Positions 29,217 to 39,798 are shown, counted from the stretch's first letter. The stretch: DNA of 64,000 nucleotides from Syntrophales bacterium (GCA_963666365.2 CAXXNF010000002.1:2016001-2080000), one strand, 5' to 3'. Notes: generated by a model not told the origin, from the letters alone. A program made the numbers and translations.

Positions 29217-30071
29217 TCATTCATGACGGCCCACATCGGGCCTATCCGCTGCGGACGTTACCACAGGCGAGGCATCCCGGTCAAAAGGATTGGTCCGCAT
29301 GGCCAGGGAAAAGAGATAGGGGTAATTGCCTTTCAAATACCGCATATACTCAAGCCATTGGTACACCAGCAAGCGGTAGGCCCGCCTTATATCGCTCGTG
29401 ATATGCGCTACATCCGAGTCAGGGAGACACGTCACATCGCCCCTGCAATCCAACTCCTCCGTAATATGAAAAACCGCGCGCAAGAGCTCGGTAAATCGTT
29501 CGTGTTCAAGAATCGCCGGATTCTCCAGAAGGCGAAGGAAAAAATCCCTCTTGCCGCCCAGCACGTCCCGCAGCGCTTCGAGATTGAGCGTATCAGGCAG
29601 CACCTGGCAGTCATAGTCAGTGAGCGCCGCCTCGACTCTTCGGAACTCCTTGTCGTTCCAGCTTCCTTTGACAATGAGATTCGTGCGAATGTGATCAATG
29701 TCGGGATCACAGGCGGAAAACGCGGCGAGAAGCTTAAGTCCCACTTCGCTGAAAAAGGCGCCGATCACCAGATTCAGTTTTTCCATCCTCTGGTCTTGCT
29801 CACGCCGGCTCAGCATGAGTTCCGTTGTGTTGGCCACTACCCCGAGAAAGGTTCCCGCCCCCAACACAATGATCAACAGGACCAGTATCTTGCCGGCCGT
29901 CGTCACGGGGTGGATATCGCCGTATCCCACGGTTGCAACGGTTACGATACTGAAATAGAAGGCATCTGCAAGCGTGCCCCCTTCGAGTGCCTTGAAGCCG
30001 AGGGTCCCCAGCGCCATAACCGCCACAAAACCCGCAAGGGCAAACTTCAAGCGCATACGAATCTGATTCAT
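29217..30071 (-). CDS. Potassium channel family protein (2TM pore plus an uncharacterised cytoplasmic domain)
   Basis: FYFSIVTVATVGYGD selectivity filter; start MNQIR at 30071. Confidence 0.85.
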   Translation of the reverse strand: MNQIRMRLKFALAGFVAVMALGTLGFKALEGGTLADAFYFSIVTVATVGYGDIHPVTTAGKILVLLIIVLGAGTFLGVVANTTELMLSRREQDQRMEKLNLVIGAFFSEVGLKLLAAFSACDPDIDHIRTNLIVKGSWNDKEFRRVEAALTDYDCQVLPDTLNLEALRDVLGGKRDFFLRLLENPAILEHERFTELLRAVFHITEELDCRGDVTCLPDSDVAHITSDIRRAYRLLVYQWLEYMRYLKGNYPYLFSLAMRTNPFDRDASPVVTSAADRPDVGRHE

Positions 30072-30154
30072 TGCAGTGTACCACCCGTTACCGCAACCCG
30101 ATGGGGACGGCGCCGTCCCTGCAGCCGTCCCCCGGACACATCGGGCATGTTCGA

Positions 30155-30658
30155 TCAATCCACCCTTCTGAACATCTTCCCCTTCGCCCCGCATACGGGA
30201 CACAGGTCGGGCGCATCTCTCTCTGCCGTATATCCGCATACAGGACATACATAGTAAGGATACTCTTCCGGTTCCGAAGCCGAATCAAGCGTATTTAAAA
30301 GACCTTCGTAGAGGGCGGCATGAATCTTTTCAACATCCAGGGCATACTGAAAACTCCGCTCGGCCGCTTTGTGTCCCTCGGCCTTTGCCGTTTCTATCAT
30401 TTCCGGGTACATGCTTCTGAACTCATGAGTCTCGCCCGCTAAGGCTTCCCCGAGATTTTCTTTGGTACTTTTTACAGCCTTCATCGCCCTGAGGTGATTG
30501 TGTGCATGCACCGTTTCGGCATCGGCCGCCGCTCTGAATAAACGCGCCACCTGATGGAAGCCCTCTTTATCAGCCTGCTCGGCAAAGGCAAGGTAGGTTC
30601 TGTTCGCCTGGGATTCTCCCGCAAAGGCCTCTTGTAAATATTCTTCGGTTTTCGACAT
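30155..30658 (-). CDS. rbr: Rubrerythrin
   Basis: FAGESQA, AETVHA, GETHE, EKIH di-iron ligands; CPVC...CPVC rubredoxin domain. Confidence 0.92.
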   Translation of the reverse strand: MSKTEEYLQEAFAGESQANRTYLAFAEQADKEGFHQVARLFRAAADAETVHAHNHLRAMKAVKSTKENLGEALAGETHEFRSMYPEMIETAKAEGHKAAERSFQYALDVEKIHAALYEGLLNTLDSASEPEEYPYYVCPVCGYTAERDAPDLCPVCGAKGKMFRRVD

Positions 30659-30706
30659 ATATTCCGCCTCCTTCTATCTACACGTTAATAAATATAACTG
30701 CCATCA

Positions 30707-31462
30707 TCATGTTTCCTCTTTCACCTCCGCAGTCGCTTGGGGATCGAAGGGATTGGTCCGCATTGCCAGGGAAAAGAGATAGGGGTACTCACCTTTCAGG
30801 TGTTTCATGTAGGTAAGCCATTCGGAAACCAGCAGGGTATAGGCCCTTTCCATGTCGTGGGCGAGGTGCCGGTAGTCGGTTTCAGGCAGACAATTCACAT
30901 CCTCTCTCTCCGCAAGCTCCTCGGTAAGGTGAAAGACCGCCCAGAGAAGCGTGGTGAAGGTCTCGTGTTCGAGCAGGTTGGAATTCTGCAGCAGATTCAG
31001 GAGAAATCCCCTTTTACCAACCAGGTAATCCTGCAAATCCGGCATATCACCCCTGTGGCAATCAATGCGACACTCGTAGAGATGACGTTGGGAGGAAGCG
31101 CTTTGAAATTTATCCTCCGGCCACTCACCGCATGCAATCAGCCATTCCTTTATCTTGTCGCCGTTTTCGTTGAATTTGTTAAATCTGCGCAATAATCCGG
31201 TACCCACTTCGCTGAAGAAAGCGCCGATTACCATGTTGAGCTTTTCGAGCATCCTCTTTTTATCCCGATAATTCAGAAGCTCATGGATAATCATGCTTAC
31301 GATGAGCACTTCGATAAACACAAAGGCCACGTCGCCCACCAAAAAAATAAAGAGGTGGTGCGGATCGCGAAAGATGAAAAAATGCACAACGTAGGCAGCC
31401 GCCGACAGGATCACCAAAACAATTCCCCATGCCACCTTCCATCTATCGAACTCAATCTTCAT
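30707..31462 (-). CDS. Hypothetical 2-TM membrane protein sharing its cytoplasmic domain with the K+ channel gene
   Basis: EKLNMVIGAFFSEVG, LLEHETFT.LL.AVFH.TEEL, YPYLFSLAMRTNPFD also occur in 29217-30071. Confidence 0.8.
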   Translation of the reverse strand: MKIEFDRWKVAWGIVLVILSAAAYVVHFFIFRDPHHLFIFLVGDVAFVFIEVLIVSMIIHELLNYRDKKRMLEKLNMVIGAFFSEVGTGLLRRFNKFNENGDKIKEWLIACGEWPEDKFQSASSQRHLYECRIDCHRGDMPDLQDYLVGKRGFLLNLLQNSNLLEHETFTTLLWAVFHLTEELAEREDVNCLPETDYRHLAHDMERAYTLLVSEWLTYMKHLKGEYPYLFSLAMRTNPFDPQATAEVKEET

Positions 31463-31477
31463 CGCAGTGTACTCCTT

Positions 31478-32305
31478 TCATTGTGACGAACATTCTGTCC
31501 GTGCAGCCGCACGACAGGCATCGACAAATCCTTTTGCATCCAGCTCGGGACAGATTCCCAGCCGCGTTAAGGCAAAGTCATACCTCACCGGATCATGCGG
31601 CAGAATCGTTTTGAAGGCATTCGTAATTTCCAGCGCCGTCTTCATGTCTGCCTGTCGCCGTTGCGTCATGCCCAGCGCACACCCAAGTCTGTACATGTGC
31701 GTATCCAGCGGCGTTACCAGCATTGACGGGGCAATTCCCTCCCATCCCCCCGGATCGACGTCGTCCTTTCTGACCATCCATCGCAAAAACAGATTGAGAC
31801 GCTTACAGGCACTCCCTCCCACGGGAGAGGGAAGCAGACTGTTATATGCGTCCACACCGCCGCCGTGCCTTATCTCGTCGATAAGAAAGGAAAGGGCCGG
31901 GATAATTGTCTCCCTGTCGCTGTCAAGGGCGGTCGCCATACAGGCCCGAAGCGACCCATGCAGTTCGAGCACATGTCTCATGCCGCACAACATGTCAGCC
32001 AGTTCATGTCCCGTGGTAAAGCGATGCTTGAACTTCCCGAAAATTTCAGTGAGCCTTTCCCTTGAGGCGCCTGCAACAAACCGGCGGGGAGAAGGGCCCA
32101 TTTTTTCAAGAACCGCGGCGATGCTCTTGTTGATTTGCGCCACTCTGCCATAGGCAAGAGAGGCAGCCAGAAATCCGACGACTTCCCGATCGCCGGGATC
32201 GTCGAATCGATAAAGAAAGACCAGTGGATCGGTGACCACAAGATCCCGTCGGGCATACCTCTCGTAGACCTCATCGAAGAGCGGCATTAAGAGACGCAGG
32301 TTCAT
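31478..32305 (-). CDS. TIGR02757 family protein (HhH-GPD glycosylase-like)
   Basis: DP..F, LAYGRV, SACKRLNLFLRWMVRKD.VDPG.W, PLDTH, DPVRYDFAL. Confidence 0.88.
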   Translation of the reverse strand: MNLRLLMPLFDEVYERYARRDLVVTDPLVFLYRFDDPGDREVVGFLAASLAYGRVAQINKSIAAVLEKMGPSPRRFVAGASRERLTEIFGKFKHRFTTGHELADMLCGMRHVLELHGSLRACMATALDSDRETIIPALSFLIDEIRHGGGVDAYNSLLPSPVGGSACKRLNLFLRWMVRKDDVDPGGWEGIAPSMLVTPLDTHMYRLGCALGMTQRRQADMKTALEITNAFKTILPHDPVRYDFALTRLGICPELDAKGFVDACRAAARTECSSQ

Positions 32306-32907
32306 GGAACGAGCGCATCCAAGGCCTTTACGATGCTTTCAAGAGATGGCCGCTGATTGATATCATGGACATCGATATACCGAATGATCCCCTTGGAATC
32401 GATGACGAAAATTGCCCGTTCCGCCATGCCGTCGGAGCGCAGCACCCCAAAGGAATCGGCCGCTTTGCCATGGGGCCAGAAATCGGACAGTACGGGGAAC
32501 CACAGATCCCCCATCTGCGCCGTCCACGCAAAAAGTGTGGGGATATTGTCCACTGTGATACCCAGCAGTAGTGCATTTCGTTCTTCAAAAATATCCTTCA
32601 CAATATTATATCCGGGCCACTGATCGGAGCAGACCGGCGTCCAGGCCGCCGGCACGAAAGAGATTATGACGTTTTTCCCACGAAACTGACTGAGGGACAA
32701 CGTCTCTCCCGACAGGGCGGGCAGGGTGAAATCGGGTGCCTTGTCGCCGATCTTAACCTTGAGCGCGCTGTCGGTGGGCTTGAGGTTCTTCGGACTGTAG
32801 ATGTTCGCCTTGAAGGCATCGGACAAACCGTAGGCCGGCGATAGGGAAAGGCCCACCAGGAGGACGCTTGTGAGTATCCCCCGGATAAGATTTCCTGTCG
32901 TTTTCAT
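32302..32907 (-). CDS. Exported peroxiredoxin-like redoxin (AhpC/TSA, AhpE-like)
   Basis: Signal peptide, APDFTLP, FVPAAWTPVC (PxxxTxxC), LSDFWPHG, ERAIFVID. Confidence 0.85.
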   Translation of the reverse strand: MKTTGNLIRGILTSVLLVGLSLSPAYGLSDAFKANIYSPKNLKPTDSALKVKIGDKAPDFTLPALSGETLSLSQFRGKNVIISFVPAAWTPVCSDQWPGYNIVKDIFEERNALLLGITVDNIPTLFAWTAQMGDLWFPVLSDFWPHGKAADSFGVLRSDGMAERAIFVIDSKGIIRYIDVHDINQRPSLESIVKALDALVP

Positions 32908-33497
32908 TTCGCACTCTCCTTTCCGCTCAACCCCGATTCTCTTATCATCATATCCAAAAATGCGTCCACTGCTTCGAAGGCGCCCAGCTTTGAATAAAAG
33001 ACTCGCGTCGTTCCCTTTTCGCTGCGAATTCCTATGAAGTAGGGTGTCCGTACGTCGCCCAGGGCCCTGTGAATGGAAAAGTCGCCGTCTGCAAAAATCG
33101 GGAAGGGAACACGGTATTTCTTTCTGAACACATCCGCCTCATAGGGAGAGTTGCCCGCGGCAATGCCCAGTATTTTTATCCTCCCTCGCAGGGCGGCATC
33201 ATTTTCAATACGGTCATAGAGCTCGTTCATTTTAGGGGCCTCTGCCTGGCAATGGGGGCAGTACATGCTGAGGACTTCCACAATTATCATATCGGCCTTG
33301 ATGTCCGGCACAGTCATACTTTTTCCCCGCGTGACCCCCAGATAGTTCCTGTGCATGGAATCTTTCGGCACTGTCAAAGTAATTGCCGGGAATTCCTCCC
33401 CCACCGCGGGCGGCTTATCGGCGCCTTTCACATAACAGGGTGTAATGATGATACAGGAAATCACCACTACACACAGCGTCCTTAGTATTCGTCTCAT
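32904..33497 (-). CDS. Exported TlpA-like thioredoxin-fold redoxin
   Basis: Signal peptide, SMYCPHCQ CxxC motif, RTPYF cis-Pro; SD GGAGGAG. Confidence 0.82.
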   Translation of the reverse strand: MRRILRTLCVVVISCIIITPCYVKGADKPPAVGEEFPAITLTVPKDSMHRNYLGVTRGKSMTVPDIKADMIIVEVLSMYCPHCQAEAPKMNELYDRIENDAALRGRIKILGIAAGNSPYEADVFRKKYRVPFPIFADGDFSIHRALGDVRTPYFIGIRSEKGTTRVFYSKLGAFEAVDAFLDMMIRESGLSGKESAK

Positions 33498-33662
33498 GAC
33501 TCCTCCTTGCGGCATATCCCGAGTACCTACCTCTCACTCCGCGCACTATCATCGCTCCCGCGGCATTGACGTTGCCCCTGTGCCCTCGAATCGCCGCACC
33601 ACAGGTATGAGGGATGGTGTTGTGCGATGCGCCCTCTCTGCGAAGGGTGCACCGCCTGTCCA

Positions 33663-34037
33663 CTATTTTTTCCACAATCCATGGATGTTGCAGTATTCAC
33701 GCGCCGTCACCTCATCGGCCTTGATGCAGAACTCCGCTTCGGGGACTTCCCCCGGTTTGAGGAACTGTCGATAGGCCTTTCCGTCGGCAATCACTTCGAT
33801 CCATTCTATATAGTGTTTTTCCTCCATGGGATGAGCCGCGCTTCCCACCTTCACTTTGAATCCATCGGCGGTTTTTTCTACCACAGGCACATGCTTCTCA
33901 AGCGCCGCGTCAACTTCTCCCTCCTTCATACGTTTCATGGGCTCGTTGCAGCAGACAAGCGCTCCCTTGCCCCCATGAACGACCTCAACAATATTCCCGC
34001 AGATTGCGCACTTGTAAATCTCCATTTTTTCCGCCAT
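33663..34037 (-). CDS. dfx: Desulfoferrodoxin (2Fe superoxide reductase)
   Basis: [10 protein letters not shown]...[25 protein letters not shown]. Confidence 0.95.
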   Translation of the reverse strand: MAEKMEIYKCAICGNIVEVVHGGKGALVCCNEPMKRMKEGEVDAALEKHVPVVEKTADGFKVKVGSAAHPMEEKHYIEWIEVIADGKAYRQFLKPGEVPEAEFCIKADEVTAREYCNIHGLWKK

Positions 34038-34056
34038 GACTTGTTCCTCCTTATTA

Positions 34057-34539
34057 TTATTTCGCGTATTTTTTCTTCTGTTCCGACAAAATTTTGAAGT
34101 GCTTTCTCTCTTCATTGATGATCATGTCGATTTCCTCGTGCTGACTCTTCGCAATAAACCCTTTGATCTCCTGGTAATAGAGGATTGAATCCAGTTCCCT
34201 TCGAATGGCAAATTCAATCGCCGAAGGGGCGTCCTTTATTCCGGCCAGTTCACGATCCATCACCTCTTTGGTGAAAATAAGGTTATTGTCGGCATACTCC
34301 CGCAGATAGGCGCCGTATTCGCCGGGATAACTTTCAGGCGGATCACTTCGTTCAATACCCGAAAGTAACTTCTTAAAGATTTCTTTATGCGTGTCCTCTT
34401 CGCCGGCAAGCAATTCGAACAGGGCTTTCGCTTCCTGATTGTCCGCTATCTGAACTGCATAGCGGTAAAAATTGCTTCCGTTTTCCTCGATTCTCATGGC
34501 AATCTCAAAAATATCGCTCGCTTCAAATTCACTGCCCAT
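34057..34539 (-). CDS. Ferritin-like/rubrerythrin-family di-iron protein
   Basis: [29 protein letters not shown]. Confidence 0.85.
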   Translation of the reverse strand: MGSEFEASDIFEIAMRIEENGSNFYRYAVQIADNQEAKALFELLAGEEDTHKEIFKKLLSGIERSDPPESYPGEYGAYLREYADNNLIFTKEVMDRELAGIKDAPSAIEFAIRRELDSILYYQEIKGFIAKSQHEEIDMIINEERKHFKILSEQKKKYAK

Positions 34540-34610
34540 GGTGTGCTCCTTTTCATTAAGCCTTTAGATTTTTTCTCCTTACAGTGTATGACTCTTAAGA
34601 TAATCTCGAA

Positions 34611-35315
34611 TCACTCCTTGTCAAACTCATCTTTGGAAGCCCCGCAGACGGGACAGGTCCATTCATCGGGCAGATCCTCAAAAGCAGTACCTGCGGGTAT
34701 ATTCCCTTCAGGGTCGCCCTTTTCAGGATCATACACATAGCCACAGACGGAACAGACATACCGGACCGGAGAGTCTTCTGCGGCTTTTGACGTCGCGGTC
34801 GCCGTCGCCCTTTCCTCTATGTAGGTGGCGGCATTCCTGGGTGTCTTGCCCCCTTTAATTTCGTGATAATAGGCATAGGTCATCGGTTCTCCTTCACTCA
34901 GCACATCAGCCTCGACGACTTCACCGACAAAAAGAGTGTGCGTGCTGAGTTCCACCTGTTTCGTCACTTTTACCTCGAGATAGGCGACCGTGTTGTCCAG
35001 CACGATGGGGGCTTTCGTAACGCCGGTTTTGTACCGCACATGTTCAAATTTGTCGATATCGCGACCGCTTTTGAATCCGAATGTGCCGATAAGGGTGAGC
35101 GGGGCATCCTGTGCCAGAATGGACATGGTGAAGACACCGCTTTTTTCTATGTATTCGTGGGTAAGATTGCCTTTGTTGATGCTGACGGCAATGGTTATGG
35201 GATCAGAAGTCGTCTGAAAGGCCGTATTGGCTATCTGACCATTGATCTTTTCTCCCGACAGAGACGTGACGATATACACGCCGTAACTCAGTTTGAAACA
35301 GGCTTTCACATTCAT
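34611..35315 (-). CDS. Flavin reductase-rubredoxin fusion (high-molecular-weight rubredoxin)
   Basis: [37 protein letters not shown]-terminal [10 protein letters not shown]...WTCPVCG. Confidence 0.9.
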   Translation of the reverse strand: MNVKACFKLSYGVYIVTSLSGEKINGQIANTAFQTTSDPITIAVSINKGNLTHEYIEKSGVFTMSILAQDAPLTLIGTFGFKSGRDIDKFEHVRYKTGVTKAPIVLDNTVAYLEVKVTKQVELSTHTLFVGEVVEADVLSEGEPMTYAYYHEIKGGKTPRNAATYIEERATATATSKAAEDSPVRYVCSVCGYVYDPEKGDPEGNIPAGTAFEDLPDEWTCPVCGASKDEFDKE

Positions 35316-35788
35316 GGGAACTTTCCTTTCACTGTCTGTATTGTAAACCGGCGACCGCCCTGCGGTCTCTTCTCGCCATATCGGGATTTCCGGAATACCT
35401 GAAATTGATAAAGGCGAATTCCGATACAATCCCCACCTTTCGTCAAGGTTTTATTCAATGTACCAAAAAAAAAAGGAGAAGGATACTCCATTCACGGGGC
35501 AGTAAATTTTTTCTGGACAATTAAGGGGCTTTATGCAACATTACCAAGCTCGGTGAAGGGGGAAAAGATTGCTGTTTGGGGCACATCATTGAGGTGCCGG
35601 GTCTTTTCTTCATTTTCACAGTTGTTGACGGTGCAGGTTTCGCAGGAAGCATCCGGTGCGCACGGACACGCAATATTCGGTTTCTTCCGAGTTTCTACGC
35701 GATGCTTCATCGGAAATTGCAGCGGCCAACGACGCATGGTAAGAAAAAAAGTGGAACTCTTAATACTAAACAGGAGGATATGTAAGAA

Positions 35789-36994
35789 ATGAGTGAACAA
35801 GAAGTTGTAATTGTAGAAGGCATGCGTACCGCATTCGGCAGAATGGGCGGAACACTGCGGGATATCTCGGCTGAAGAGCTGGCCGGTATCGGCATCAAAG
35901 GCCTGATCGAAAAAACAAAGATTCATGAGAAAGCCCACGTTGACTGCGTGTTCCTCGGATCGGCGGCCCATTGCTCCCGCGCCATGAACCCCGCCCGCTG
36001 GGCGCTCCTTTATGCCGGACTTCCCTACGAGACATCGGCAAGCTACATCGAAATGCAGTGCGGTTCAGGTATCGACTGTATTAACCACGCCGCCTGGAAA
36101 ATCCTTTGCGGCCATGCGGAAATCGTCATCGCCGGCGGCATGGAAGCCTACAGCCAGATCCCGGTAAAATTCTCCATGAGCCAGCCCCCCTATAAGCTGA
36201 TTCCGCCGATGCCGATGGAAACCCAGCTTTCACCTGTTCCGGAAGAGTGTATCGGAATGGGGCTCACGGCGGAAAATCTGCAGGTCATGTACGACATTCC
36301 CCGGCTCGCGTCTGATGAATTTGCCTTCCGTAGCCAGGTACTGGCCAAGAAGGCCATGGATGCCGGCTACTTTGACGAGGAAATCATTCCGGTAACCATT
36401 CCCCAGGGCAAGAAGAAACCCCCGATCGAGTTCAAGGTGGACGAGCATCCCCGCGAGACCTCCATGGAACTCCTGGCCAAACTGCCCGCAGTCTTCAAGC
36501 AGGGTGGCACCGTCACCGCCGGCAACTCCTCCGGCCGTAACGACGGCAGCGCCTTCGTGCTGATGATGACCGCGGAAAAGGCCAAGGAACTCGGCTACGA
36601 ACCCATGGCAAAGTGGATTGCCGGCGCCGACTGGGGCGTCGATCCCAAGATCATGGGTATTGCTCCCGGATACGCCATGCCCCAGGCGCTCAAGCGGGCG
36701 GGCCTGAAACTTGCGGATATGAACGTCATGGAATGCAACGAAGCCTTTGCCGTCCAGAATCTGGCCGTTATCAAGGAAATCGAAAACCAGACCGGGGAAA
36801 AGGTCAACATGGATGACTGGAACCCGAACGGCGGCGCCATCGCCTTCGGCCATCCCAACGGCGCATCCGGACCCCGTGTGTGCATGTTCACCATGCGCGA
36901 ACTGATCCGCAGAGGCGGCAAGTACGGCATCTTCGGCTCCTGCTGCGGCGGCGGTCTCGGCGTGGCCACGGTCATTGAAAACCTGAAGCGGTAA
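35789..36994 (+). CDS. Thiolase (acetyl-CoA C-acyltransferase)
   Basis: MRTAFG, CGSG, VTAGNSS..NDG, NEAFA, GHP.GASG, CCGGG. Confidence 0.93.
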   Translation: MSEQEVVIVEGMRTAFGRMGGTLRDISAEELAGIGIKGLIEKTKIHEKAHVDCVFLGSAAHCSRAMNPARWALLYAGLPYETSASYIEMQCGSGIDCINHAAWKILCGHAEIVIAGGMEAYSQIPVKFSMSQPPYKLIPPMPMETQLSPVPEECIGMGLTAENLQVMYDIPRLASDEFAFRSQVLAKKAMDAGYFDEEIIPVTIPQGKKKPPIEFKVDEHPRETSMELLAKLPAVFKQGGTVTAGNSSGRNDGSAFVLMMTAEKAKELGYEPMAKWIAGADWGVDPKIMGIAPGYAMPQALKRAGLKLADMNVMECNEAFAVQNLAVIKEIENQTGEKVNMDDWNPNGGAIAFGHPNGASGPRVCMFTMRELIRRGGKYGIFGSCCGGGLGVATVIENLKR

Positions 36995-37016
36995 CCATCG
37001 TTTTGCAGTATCTCGG

Positions 37017-37059
37017 GCAGTCTCCCTTCCCCGGGAGGGAGAAGGGAGACTGCTTTTTT
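37017..37059 (+). terminator. Rho-independent terminator
   Basis: GCAGTCTCCCTTC...GAAGGGAGACTGC plus T6. Confidence 0.8.
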
Positions 37060-37141
37060 ATGTGTATTGTTTCTGATGGACGAATCACATGCGAATCGGC
37101 CGATTCGCACCACAAAATATTGAGCGGAAGGAGAAAATGCT

Positions 37142-38014
37142 ATGAAGATTGAAGACATTAAAAACATTTGTGTTGTCGGCGCCGGGAATATGGGGCATCA
37201 GATCGCGCTTCAGTGCGCTATTTCCGGTTACAAGGTAAAATGTACCGATGTAATTCCCGAAATTCTTAAAAAGGCCGAAGATTTTGCCGGCAGCTATCTG
37301 GAAGGCCGCGTGAAAAAAGGTAAAATGACGGAAGATCAGGCAAAGGAAATCAGGGGAAACATCTCCTTCACCCCAAGTCTGGAAGAAGCATCCAAGGACG
37401 CCGACTATGTAATCGAAGCAATCCTGGAGAGACTGGCGCTGAAACGAAAGGTCTTCGCCGACCTTGACAAATTCGCCCCGGCCCATGCCATTCTGGCAAC
37501 GAACAGCTCCATGATCGTAAGCTCCAAAATCGCCGACGCGACCAACCGTCCCTCCCAGGTCTGCAACCTCCACTTCTTCAACCCCGCACTGGTGATGAAG
37601 CTCGTGGAAGTCGTCCAGGGTCCCCATGTCTCCGACGAGACCGCCCAGATCTCGATGCAGCTCTGCGAAAAGATCGGCAAAGTACCCATTCACATCAAGA
37701 AAGAGGTCTGGGGATTCGTGCTGAACAGAATCTTCTCGGCCATTTCAAAGGAATCAATGTGGATGCTCGAAATGGGCGTGGCCTCCTTTGAAGATATCGA
37801 CAAGGCCTGTGTATACGGCGCCGGCCATCCCATGGGTCCCTTCCGCCTCAACGATCTGACCGGTCTGGATCTCTCCTACGACATCGGCATGGAACTGTTC
37901 CAGGAGACCGGCGACAGAGCCAACCTGCCGACACCGGAACTGGTCAAGAGAGTCTCCCGTGGAGATTTCGGCCAGAAGACCGGCAAAGGCTGGTACGATT
38001 ACACCAAAAAGTAG
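37142..38014 (+). CDS. 3-hydroxyacyl-CoA (3-hydroxybutyryl-CoA) dehydrogenase
   Basis: GAGNMG, EAILE, TNSS, HFFNP, HPMGPF.L.D..GLD, G.KTGKGWYDY. Confidence 0.93.
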   Translation: MKIEDIKNICVVGAGNMGHQIALQCAISGYKVKCTDVIPEILKKAEDFAGSYLEGRVKKGKMTEDQAKEIRGNISFTPSLEEASKDADYVIEAILERLALKRKVFADLDKFAPAHAILATNSSMIVSSKIADATNRPSQVCNLHFFNPALVMKLVEVVQGPHVSDETAQISMQLCEKIGKVPIHIKKEVWGFVLNRIFSAISKESMWMLEMGVASFEDIDKACVYGAGHPMGPFRLNDLTGLDLSYDIGMELFQETGDRANLPTPELVKRVSRGDFGQKTGKGWYDYTKK

Positions 38015-38054
38015 TGATCAGGCGCGCAGACGCACCCGATTGACAGGATATTCT

Positions 38055-38101
38055 CTCATGCCGCCCTTACCACGGGGCGGCATGAGCGCATAGCCTTTTT
38101 T
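38055..38101 (+). terminator. Hairpin, possible terminator
   Basis: CTCATGCCGCCC...GGGCGGCATGAG stem; T-tract is offset. Confidence 0.5.
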
Positions 38102-38178
38102 ACACTACGCTGGAAGCGAAAACCACCTGAATGCACGGGTGGTTTTTCTTCATGGCCCGGACCAAGAAAGGAGCGCAC

Positions 38179-38472
38179 ATGGTTGCAATAATAGCAAAAA
38201 TGAAACTTAAGGAAGGCAACGTCGACGAGGCAATCAAACTTTTTGAGGCGGTGGTCCCCAAAGTACGGGAAGAGGAAGGCACGCTGGCCTATGGCATCTG
38301 CCGCGACAAGGCAAACCCGAATGTACTGGTGGTCATCGAACGGTACCGGGATATGGAAGCGATACAAGCGCACTCTTCGAGCGCCCATTTCAAGGAGTTT
38401 TCCAGGGCCATCGGACCGATTCTCGACGGCAAACCCGAAATAAGTGTTCTCGAGGAAGTTGTTTCGATATAA
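38179..38472 (+). CDS. Antibiotic biosynthesis monooxygenase (ABM/YgiN-like) protein
   Basis: EEGTLAY, VIERY.D..A...H....HF; SD AAGGAG. Confidence 0.85.
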   Translation: MVAIIAKMKLKEGNVDEAIKLFEAVVPKVREEEGTLAYGICRDKANPNVLVVIERYRDMEAIQAHSSSAHFKEFSRAIGPILDGKPEISVLEEVVSI

Positions 38473-38525
38473 CGCAGGATTCGGGAGGCCCGGCGCCATC
38501 AAGGGCCCAAGGGAAAAAGGGCATC

Positions 38526-38556
38526 AAAAACCCCGTCTCGAGAGGCGGGGTTTTTT
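38526..38556. terminator. Bidirectional terminator
   Basis: AAAAACCCCGTCTC-GAGAGGCGGGGTTTTTT between convergent genes. Confidence 0.8.
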
Positions 38557-38595
38557 GTGTACCGGCCGTTGACGGAAAAACTGGCACTGCCGTCA

Positions 38596-39384
38596 CTATT
38601 TCGCCAGTTGCCCCCCATCGTTTACGAGCACGTGACCGGTCATAAAGGCCGAGGCATCGGAAGCGAGAAACACCGCCACGCCCTTCATGTCATCTTCGCC
38701 GCCGATCCTGTGCATGGGCACAACACTCAAGATCGCTTCCCTGACCTCTGCAAACTCCGGCTTCTCCACATAGGACATCATGTCGGTACCGAAAAATCCG
38801 GGGGCAATTGCATTGACCCTTATGTGGTACGGCGCAAGCTTTATAGCCAGATTCATGGTAAGAAGATTTATGGCTGCCTTGGTTGAATTGTAGGGAACCG
38901 CCGGATGACCCAGTTCGTCAGAACCCCTGAACCCCATGACGGACGAAATATTAATGATGTTCCCGCCACCCTGTTCCTTCATGACATTGGCGACTTTCTG
39001 TGTGAGAATCCATACGCCCCGCACATTGACGTCAAAGAGGTAATCCCATTTGTCCAGGGGAAATTCCAGCGTCGGCGCGCCCCAGGTGGCGCCGGCGTTA
39101 TTGACCAGGATGTCGATACGGGGAAACGTATTCTTCACCGTTTTCAGCATCTCATCGATATCCTGCTCTTTGCTCACATCGCAGGCAATGGGAAGCACCT
39201 TTACACCGCACTGCGTTTCAAGGTCCCGGGCAGTCGCTTCAAGATTTTTCATTTTTCGGGACGTAATCACGACATTCGCACCCGCCTCCGCCAGCCCCGT
39301 GGCGATGAATTTCCCTATTCCGCGGCCGCCGCCCGTCACTATGGCAACCTTTCCGTCCAGCCTGAAAAGATCCTGTAATTTCAT
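38596..39384 (-). CDS. SDR family oxidoreductase
   Basis: TGGGRGIG, NNAGATWG, YNSTK. Confidence 0.9.
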   Translation of the reverse strand: MKLQDLFRLDGKVAIVTGGGRGIGKFIATGLAEAGANVVITSRKMKNLEATARDLETQCGVKVLPIACDVSKEQDIDEMLKTVKNTFPRIDILVNNAGATWGAPTLEFPLDKWDYLFDVNVRGVWILTQKVANVMKEQGGGNIINISSVMGFRGSDELGHPAVPYNSTKAAINLLTMNLAIKLAPYHIRVNAIAPGFFGTDMMSYVEKPEFAEVREAILSVVPMHRIGGEDDMKGVAVFLASDASAFMTGHVLVNDGGQLAK

Positions 39385-39725
39385 TGGTATCCTCCTGTTT
39401 GGTATTTACAGCTCCCTCGCACAACCGCACAATGAGCTTTCACTTTTCACGTCTCGCGATTGTCTTTACCTCAACTGAGGGAAAGATGCAAAGTAATTTA
39501 CATGATTCCCCCTGCCATAGACCGGCCGTTCTCGAGTCACGTTCCTCTTCGCACTAATCCATTACTGTGGACCTCCGGGAACACCTTTCGATAATCACAG
39601 TGACTGCTGCGGTTGCGGGAACGTAAAAAGAACTTGACAATGGTGTGGTCCTATCTTAATACTCAGCACAAGTGTAAGATGAGTCGAGGCGGGCGCCTGA
39701 TAAAAATTGCCTACCTGAGAGAGTG

Positions 39726-39798
39726 TTCACAGGTGATCTTGATTTATTCATATATTGACCTTGCAATCGTTCACAGGGCATGATGTTTCCTTCACAGG
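39726..39798. repeat. Direct repeats TTCACAGG x3 in the divergent promoter region
   Basis: Copies at 39726, 39770, 39791; partial copy GTTCAC at 39831. Confidence 0.5.

Noticed and set aside
30072..30248. Cys-containing N-terminal extension of the K+ channel ORF
   Set aside because: Alternative frame overlapping the rubrerythrin 3' end; the likely start is 30071
28881..30254. 457-aa plus-strand ORF
   Set aside because: Antisense to the SDR, K+ channel and rbr genes; no motifs
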